This document shows, one piece after another, positions 20,707 to 28,477 of a stretch of DNA of 28,477 nucleotides (the first letter of the stretch is position 1; each line of letters opens with the position of its first letter). Below the pieces are notes generated by a model, which saw nothing but the letters and a program-made list of their open reading frames with translations, was not told the origin of the DNA and did no database searches. Both the position numbers and the translations under genes were made by a program. Source of the stretch: Tubiluchus corallicola (lineage: Eukaryota > Animalia > Priapulida); contig JAQGDQ010001703.1 in assembly GCA_030141605.1 (NCBI GenBank), positions 1 through 28,477 on the forward strand, given 5' to 3'.

Positions 20707-21122
20707 CAAGACTTGCGTCGGCAGTAGCTCTGCATAAAACTTGTAAATTTAAACTCCCGCAACGACCGTTAGGCGCAGCCATTTTAACGGTAAGTCATTT
20801 TAAACAAGCTTAGACAGCATTGCGTAAAGTTTGAAAAAATAAACAGAGCATTCGTAGCGCACGTTTCCGGTAACAAGGCGAAAGAATAAATTAACATTGT
20901 ACATTGTTAATAAAAACAATGTTTTTTTGTGAGCCAGTGGTGCACGCTGGGATGGCGATGCAATGTCATTTTGCCAGGTGGTGCAAATATTTAAATTTAT
21001 TAAAAAATTTGCTTTTCAGTTACATGAGTCTTAGAAACGGGCAAGTGTTAACAAAGGTTAAGTAATGCAGCTTTGTATGGAAAGTTTTATGGAATACACT
21101 TTAAAATTCTCATTCTTTTCCT
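20707..21122 (+). mobile_element. Kolobok-like MITE right portion (copy of 5926-6331)
   Basis: Colinear similarity; ends TTTTCCT-TTAA. Confidence 0.7.
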
Positions 21123-21356
21123 TTAATTTTTCCTCTAACATTAGCCTGATTTGCTTTCTTACTTATAACACAACATTCTGCTACATGTATTGTATATAAT
21201 AATAATTTTTGTATCCTGTATCGGTCGATGTTATTGTAATCTTGTATTGAAATCTTGTATCAAATTTACACACGCATGTAAAAACCGATGAAGATACTTT
21301 GTCTTTTCAACTGGGACGTAATTTGATTTGTTAAATTGTTTGTATTTGTTTGTTAA

Positions 21357-21708
21357 CCCCTTCATACCCGTTGTATCCCGTGGCAAACGAGAATATTTTC
21401 TGCCTTTAAAATTAATAAAATTTTGAAACTGACAGTTATTTGATCTGTTAAAAGTTATTTTGATTTAAGCCAATAACAAAAGACTAAAAATGGTGATAAA
21501 ATGGCAAACTAGAAAATCTACGTAGCATAAAAACTGCGCAAGGTACAGTACATTAGAGACGACTTTGTACAGATCAGCATAGCATGCATACTAAATGTCT
21601 TAAATACTTTAAAAAATTATCAGTAGTTGCAAAATTAAGCACATTTTTACAGAAGTACCAAGCCACAAAAATTTTTCTTATTAAAAAAATAATTTGGGAC
21701 TGAAAGGG
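21357..21708. mobile_element. piggyBac-type MITE
   Basis: TTAA TSDs at 21353-21356 and 21709-21712; CCC...GGG termini with imperfect TIRs CCCCTTCATACCC / CCCTTTCAGTCCC. Confidence 0.75.
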
Positions 21709-22115
21709 TTAAGGAGAAAACTGATTTTGTTTTAATTTTTTTTAAATTCTGCAATCAGAATTAGAAATTTAATTTAGTCATGCAAACATAACTCACGTTG
21801 GGTGTTATTCTATCAAAGGTTTATCAACGTTATGTGGATATATCCACTTTTTTGTTTAATCTTACTTTCGTTGGTTCTTATTTTTTCTTCTTTTTAACGC
21901 GATGTTTGAATTAACTTTTAACGTGTTATGTTTTCATTATATTGTGCAATGTTACAACTTTGGATGATTTATAAAATAATATGACATCGTCTGGTACTGT
22001 TTGAAAATGAACTTATAATTATAAAAGCGATTGTTTTTGTTATTTTTCTGTTCAACTGCTGTTTAACATTTACTGACTTTACACGAAAGCAGGCGGGTTG
22101 AATCCGGATCCCTAA

Positions 22116-22435
22116 CAATTTAATTTCAATTCAATTTTAATTTATTTATCTCTTTATAATACTATGATAAAACATGATTAATAAAAGAATCGCTAATAAG
22201 TTTTGAAGAATGGCTAAAGTGAATAGATAGATCTAGAACTAGAGAAAGGATAGCGAAAGGACAATTCAATTCAATTCAATTTTAATTTATTTATCTCTGT
22301 ATAATACTAAAATAAAACATGATTAATAAAAGAACCGCTAATAAGTTTTGAAGAATGGTTAAAATGAATAGATAGATCTAGAACTAGAGAAAGGATAGCG
22401 AAAAGACTATAAAGTCACATAGTCTGCTATCCTTT
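22116..22435 (-). repeat. 2 x 145-bp tandem duplication of a probable LINE/SINE 3' tail plus stem-loop
   Basis: Copies at 22116-22260 and 22261-22405 begin with (AATTC)n-ATTTATTTAT; hairpin AAAGGATAGC (22390-22399) / GCTATCCTTT (22426-22435). Confidence 0.75.
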
Positions 22436-22817
22436 ACCGAGTATAGATAAAATGATTTTTAGACACTGGTGGGCATTAATGTTATCAGTTTAATTTGGGA
22501 AACATTAATAATTTTAAAATTATGACATTTCCTGTATAATTAAGTAATCCAGAGTAAAGAAAATACATGTACTTTAATTAGTGGGCAACAAAATAAAGTC
22601 GATCTTGATTAAACTAAAAACAGCATATAGATTTTATGTGAAATACAGGTCAAAATTGTTATGAAATGATAAAAACACTTTGGGTTAATAATGCGATTAA
22701 TCAACAAAAGGAGTTAAATACATTTTGATTTGAGTTCAACTTCATTATTTCTAGGCTTATTGATTAAGAATAAACTGTTTGTTGTTGTCGTCGTTCGTTA
22801 GACAGAGGCTAGGGACC
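22420..22817 (+). repeat. 398-bp direct repeat, copy 1
   Basis: Near-identical to 24127-24524. Confidence 0.95.
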
Positions 22818-22955
22818 TCTTGCGGCGGTTGACAACACTACTGACTTGTTGCATTATGTAAAGGGGGTGAGAGAGGCGCGCAGTAGACAATAACGTCGTG
22901 CTAGTAATTAAGTCACCTCGTCTTCAGCAGTACAATTAACGTCCAACATAATGTC

Positions 22956-23289
22956 AATCATTTTCCTTGATTGTCCAATCAGCGTGCAAGTTATTTTATA
23001 CACCCCTACAGAGCCTAATTAACGCAGATACGTTCGGGACGTTTAGGTACAGCTCCGTCTAATACTGTCATGAAAAATGCTGAACTTTTCATTATATAGC
23101 GAGAGAAATATTGGCCTGGTTCTAGATTTTGTCATTGTCAATTGAAATTGCAAGTGAATTAGTGGAAATATATAGTCTAGTTTCGTTTGTAGGAAGAAAT
23201 GCACAATGCTTACGTTTTTGAGTTGCTGATTAAATCATTTTGCAATCAAGAAAATACGCAGTTTACTTTAGTTTATGGCTTTGCAAGTC
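22956..23289 (+). repeat. Dispersed repeat, copy of 9047-9352
   Basis: Colinear match. Confidence 0.9.
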
Positions 23290-24126
23290 AGATAAAAACA
23301 ACTATTTTATTATATTTAAATAAGGACAAAACAAAATGTTTTCTTTTCTGGCCATATTTTATGAACCTCATTGAGATCTTGACAGTCAAAATTAATTCAA
23401 ATGTGGTCAAAACTGATATTATTCATCAATGTAGTATTAGCTTGGGGAATTAAATCATCTTTCAAGTGTCTGCTTCACATTTTCCATTTTGATCGGCGCT
23501 GTTACTAATTTTTTTCTGTAGCAATTTCCATCAACCGGTCTGCCGCTTCAACAAACAGTTTTTGATTTCGCTGCGTTCTACTATCTAAAACGTTTATTAC
23601 GTCTGGATCTTGCAAAACGTCTGAAAATTTTTCTTGCGTCTTTTCACACTGCTGATTTTCTCGAGCATGCGTGGTGATTTAGCGTGTTTTGACAGTTTTG
23701 CAGCATTTTAAGTTTAACGCGACGCAAAGTTATTAGTGCGAACCAACCCTAATGAACATTCCGGTTGCTGAACTTAGTTTGAAGCTAATTTGTCTAACAG
23801 TTGGCACAATGGGGCGAGCCTGTTCCAAGTCAACTAGCCAGGATCGTTGTTAATTTGGTGTTACATATTTTCATACAATGGCAAACAATAGGGGTTACAT
23901 AAGGATTCAACCTGCCTGGCCAACGTCTAAACTCCATAATTGGCTTCAACTCCTACCCACTTTTGCCCAGAAGAAGGTTGGCATGGCAGAAGGTCAGCGG
24001 GCTGATTCCACTTAGGCATGGGCAGAAGGTCAGGGGGCCGACCGACTTTGGCAGAAAGTTTATTTTTTGACTTTGTGCTGTTTTTTATTTCGTAACGCAG
24101 ATTTGCCTGAGTGAAATGCAGACACC

Positions 24127-24524
24127 TAGTCTGTTATCCTTTACCGAGTATAGATGAAATGATTTTTAAGCACTGGTGGGCATTAATGTTATCAGTTTAA
24201 TTTGGGAAACATTAATAATTTTCAAATTATGACATTTGCTATATAATTAAGTAATCCAGAGTAAAGAAAATACATGTACTTTAATTAGCGGGCAACAAAA
24301 TAAGGTCAATCTTGATTAAACTAAAAACAGCATATAGATTTTATGTGAAACACAGGTCAAAATTGTTATGAAATGATAAAAACACTTTGGGTTAATAAAG
24401 CGATTAATCAACAGAAGGAGTTAAATACATTTTGATTTGAGTTCAACTTCATTATTTCTAGCCTTATTGATTAAGAATAAACTGTTCGTTGTTGTCGTCG
24501 TTCGTTAGACAGAGGCTAGGGACC
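24127..24524 (+). repeat. 398-bp direct repeat, copy 2
   Basis: Near-identical to 22420-22817, offset 1707 bp. Confidence 0.95.
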
Positions 24525-25506
24525 CAGTCACACTGGGCTCAAAAATTTCTCTGTGCTGCTACGGTCTGGTAGGGCTCTCCATAATATCTGCTGCAAAGCG
24601 TGCCGCAGTCTCAAGTTTGTAAAGCTATAAACAGAGTGTGTAAATGGAAACCATTGTGATCTAGATTGTACTACGCTCTACCAGATTACCCTGTCTTACA
24701 AAAGACCAGCAACCTCTACTAACATGTTTATCTGGGCTTAAAGAAAGGCTAATAATAGACGGCCTATATAAATATTAAAAATGCCAACGCCTGCCGTATG
24801 TATTGCTTCTACAGAAGAATGCAGTAAACATTGACCGTCTAAAGATTAGGTTGTTCAGTATATACTGCAAGTTTAAGCGTTTATTTATGAATAGTCAATT
24901 GTTTTTTTTAAATAAAGGAAAACAGTGGCGTAGCAAATGCTTGTGACACCGGGTCAAAAAATCATCTGGTGCCCTACCCCTTTAATGGTTCGACATTTGT
25001 TTTGTGGGTGAAGCCATATACTGTGCACGTTTTTTGCGTCCCTGAGACCTAATTTCTTTTTTCGACATGATGGGATAAAGATAAAAGAAGTTTTTCTAAG
25101 AATCAGGCCGAGTTTGATATGCGTTGCTGTATCGCATAACTCTCTTTAATGCGTTGGTCTAGAAACGCCACTTGTGACACGACACAGTCGTTAAACTTTC
25201 AGCTCCAGCATTAAAACATGCAAAGCTTATGAGAGGTACAGAACATTACAGGTTTTCACAATAATACAATCGGCATTTAGAGAAACGCCACTGTTTCTCC
25301 CAAAATTATCGACTGCTAAACCACACGGCACCCTACACACGTCGTTAAGTAACAACATTAACCCTTTTTAGACCACACGTGGTAATTAAGTTAGCTATTA
25401 TCTTTCAACTAGGCAATTTTGTTGTAGTTTGAAAACTTTTGTTAATTGCTAATATTGGATTAGTAATAAATAATGAACTGTCGCTAAGCTCTAGCTCACC
25501 CTTGCC

Positions 25507-25979
25507 CAGGGGCGTCGTGCACCAAAAAATTAGGGTGCCCCGACTGTATATAATGGCGGAACTTAACTGTTGTAAAACGTATAATTTTGAATTCCCACAC
25601 CAGTATTTTGCGTGCAAGAAAAACGATTTATTTATTCCCAACTGGCATTTAACTTAAAGCTATAGCAACAGAAACTTAATTAAAATTAAAAATTAATTTA
25701 AAATTAAAATTTAATTAAGTATTTATTAGCTGTCAGGAATCCAAAGATTCGATGAAAAGACGACTAGCAAAACATATGTACCTTTAATTTAATATTTTTA
25801 ATAATTACTAAACTTTTTATTCCGAGGCAAGATGAAGATGGGAGATTTCACCGTTCCTCAAAATTTTACAACTTATTGGTCTCATTACGAGCCGCCGAAA
25901 CCCTAAACATTTTTGATATTTTCTAAACAATTGGGGGGGGGGTCTAGGCCCCCCGGGCCTCCATAGCACGACGCCACTG
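25507..25979. mobile_element. hAT-type MITE with 8-bp TSD
   Basis: TIRs CAGGGGCGTCGTGC / CAGTGGCGTCGTGC (13/14); flanks CCCTTGCC and GCCTTGCC (7/8). Confidence 0.85.
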
Positions 25980-26369
25980 GCCTTGCCCCCGGGGGACGAT
26001 TGCCCCCTGTCGTCCCGCCGTGTAGAGTTCATCAGTTTAATCATTTTTATAACAAAATAAAAGTGTGTTTTCAATAGTTATAAGTTAGTATTTGATATTT
26101 AAACTCGCACTACATTATAAGCATTTTGCTATATGCAGCAAAATTTTTGCGTAGTATTATTTGCTGTTACCTATTGTAGAATAACTGTACTTTTGAATTC
26201 ATACACGTTATGTTTCAACTGTATATAATGTATCGTATGTGCTGTATGTAGTTATGTTTTAGAGTTGCTTTTAATGTGTGGTGTAAATGTTTTATGTTTT
26301 TACAACGTAACGTGTTATTCAAGTACCCAAGGAAAGAAAATTAATTTCTATTTTGTTTTATTATATGCT

Positions 26370-27135
26370 GCTCTCCTGTTCTGTTCTGTTCTGTTCTGTT
26401 CCGCTGTGTTCTGATCCGTTCCGTTCAAATTTGTTCTGCCCTGTTCTGCTCTGTTCTGTTCTGTTCCATTCCGTTCCGTTCAATTGCATTCCATTCTGTT
26501 TTGACTTAATCAATTTCCTTTCATTTTTTGTTTTGTTCTGTTCTAGTTCGCACTCTATTCTGTTCTACGCTGTTCAGTTCTATTCCAATCTGTTCTACTT
26601 TGTTTTGACCTCCATTCCACTCTGTTTTGACTTGATCAGTTTTTTTCTGTCCTACCTTGTTCCAGTTCGCATTCTATTCTATTCCGTTCCATTTCAATCT
26701 GTTCTACTCTGTTCTGTTCCATTCCGTTCGATTGCATTCCATTCTGTTTTGACTTAATCAATTTCCTTTCATTTTTTGTTTGTTCTGTTCTAGTTCGCAC
26801 TCTATTCTGTTCTACGCTGTTCCGTCCCATTCCAATCTGTTCTACTTTGTTCTGTTGTGCTCTCCATTCCACTCTGTTTTGACTTGATCAGTTTTCTTTC
26901 TGTCCTACCTTGTTCCAGTTCGCATTCTATTCTGTTCCGTTCCATTTCAATCTGTTCTGTTCCATTCCTTTCCGTTCGGTTGCATTACATTCTCTTTTGA
27001 CTTAATCCGTTTCCTCTCATTATTTTCTGTCTTATTCCAGTCCAGTTCATTCTAGTCCGATTTGTCCTGTCCCATACTGTCCTGTCCTGTACTGTTCTAC
27101 TAATCTACTTTCTTTTGCTTTGCTATGTTCTCTTT
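26370..27135 (+). repeat. Pentanucleotide (TTCTG/TTCCG/TTCYA) microsatellite region with ~248-bp higher-order repeat
   Basis: TTTTGACTT(A/G)ATC landmarks at 26503, 26629, 26751, 26881 and 26999. Confidence 0.92.
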
Positions 27136-27464
27136 GTCTTGGTTTCATTCTGTTTGACATTTAGGGAAACTTTCAGGTGCAAAAACGTCGTTACATTAAA
27201 TTTCACAACTTTAACCTTTTCTCCCATCTTTCAATCCGTTTGATTTCGCATCGATCATGTTTTAAATAAAATATTAAGTCACCACGCTAAATTCTGCTTC
27301 AAAACTTCTACTATACATTTCAGTGAATTTTTTATGATCTCTAATAAGAGTGTGAACGTGTCTTTGTGTAATCTGCTAGAGCTGTCTCTAGAGATGTTGC
27401 GCTGCGACGGACTTGTCTGGGGGAGTCCAGAAGTTTCACTTTTTTCTTAGATGAAATCACAATC

Positions 27465-27800
27465 GTGATGGCACAGTACCACAATTAATTCAATTTGAAA
27501 CAAAAATTGAAAAACAGGAAACGTGAAAAAGTTTGACACAGCTTGGATTTGAACCAGGAATCTTCTGCTTGCAAGACGTGACTGCTACCTGCTAAGCTGG
27601 GTTCCCCATCGATTATGACGGCCCAAAGTTCATTCCTTGGACTCGTGCACGCTGGAGAACATAGCAATTTATTGGCTATGGGTTTTGCTTTGTTAGCAGA
27701 AAGTCTATGATTCGAATCCAGGCTGTATTCAGCATTTTCACATCTCCCATTTCTCTAATTTCGTTTCAAATTTAATTAGTTGTGAGTTTGCGCTATCATC
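27465..27800. mobile_element. Imperfect palindromic element with two divergent tRNA-like heads
   Basis: Arms are reverse-complement homologs; minus strand AGCTTAGCAGGT...GGTTCAAATCC, plus strand GATTCGAATCC. Confidence 0.6.
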
Positions 27801-28096
27801 AATGTTAGTCTTGTTATTTTCTAACGTGGGTGCATAGCCATTTACGATAGTGGCTTGCTATTTTATATATAAGTTTTGAGAGCAATAATTCTTGAATTTA
27901 TAAGCATGTGTGCTATGAAAATGCACTGAATGAAGAAAATCCAGTCCAACATGAGCACTTGTGTCATATCCATGCAAAAATACTTCAAATTTGCTGTTTA
28001 AAGAACAATTTTCCATTCATCTCACCTGCATTTCTTGTAGTGCCAAAAACGTCAATCCATGTTTCTCTAGATCTCTTAAAAATTTGTTTTTTTTTC

Positions 28097-28305
28097 AATA
28101 AGTTTTTTATGGTTTCGTTGTGCGCATGCGCAATTGCTGTAGCTCATAGGTTAAGTATACCACAGCAACGCGTCTTAGCTACCACCGTCACGTGACATGT
28201 GAATAAAGCAAAGCCATTTGCCGCGTCATTTCAGTAACTTCAGTTGTTTTACGCGGACTTTACTTAATTATACACGAGTCTGTGCGTAGAGTGATTTACC
28301 AGCAG
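28097..28305 (+). mobile_element. Left part of the AATAAGCCTTTTCACAG-family MITE
   Basis: Shares GGACTTTACTTAATTAT...AGTCTGTGCGTAGAGTGA with 19624-19675. Confidence 0.7.
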
Positions 28306-28477
28306 AATTTTGTCCTTAGAAATTAAGCCTTGCCTTCCCTATTTTCGTCTTCTTATTCTCTTAATTTTGTCCCTAGAAATGAAGCCTTGCCTTCCCTATT
28401 TTCGTCTTCTTATTCTCTTAATTTTGCCCTTAGAAATGAAGCCTTGTCTTCCCTATTTTCGTCTTTTTATTCTCTTA
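28306..28477 (+). repeat. Minisatellite, 57-bp unit, at least 3 copies (runs off window)
   Basis: AAGCCTTG at 28325, 28382 and 28439. Confidence 0.95.

Noticed and set aside
22420-24524. LTR retroelement or TRIM
   Set aside because: The direct repeats lack TG...CA termini, and no PBS, PPT or TSD was identified.
26353-26872. 134-aa and 78-aa ORFs
   Set aside because: Translations of the pentamer microsatellite.
27533-27600. Functional tRNA gene
   Set aside because: A/B-box-like motifs are present, but I could not fold a convincing cloverleaf; it is part of a palindromic repeat.

Overview
AT-rich, intron-containing animal (invertebrate-like) genomic DNA; most ORF-track entries are spurious or single-exon read-throughs. 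Two spliced genes were rebuilt by hand. (1) On the minus strand, the 5' half of an HPS1-like (BLOC-3 subunit) gene: ATG at 7244, 7 well-supported and 2 tentative exons down to 463, with the remainder not located. (2) Divergently on the plus strand, a complete 4-exon, 156-aa proline-rich PPxY protein with a His/Cys/Trp-rich membrane segment (10386-14026). The rest is dense with non-autonomous DNA transposons (Kolobok-, pogo/Tigger-, hAT- and piggyBac-type MITEs), LINE remnants, SINEs and tandem arrays, several of which lie inside MITEs. Most notable: a TSD-flanked SINE with a 5S rRNA head and bipartite RTE body, possibly with a decayed HDV-like ribozyme, inside an HPS1 intron; and a ~340-bp foldback element with two divergent tRNA-like Pol III heads. 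Family assignments come from recalled motifs, not database searches.
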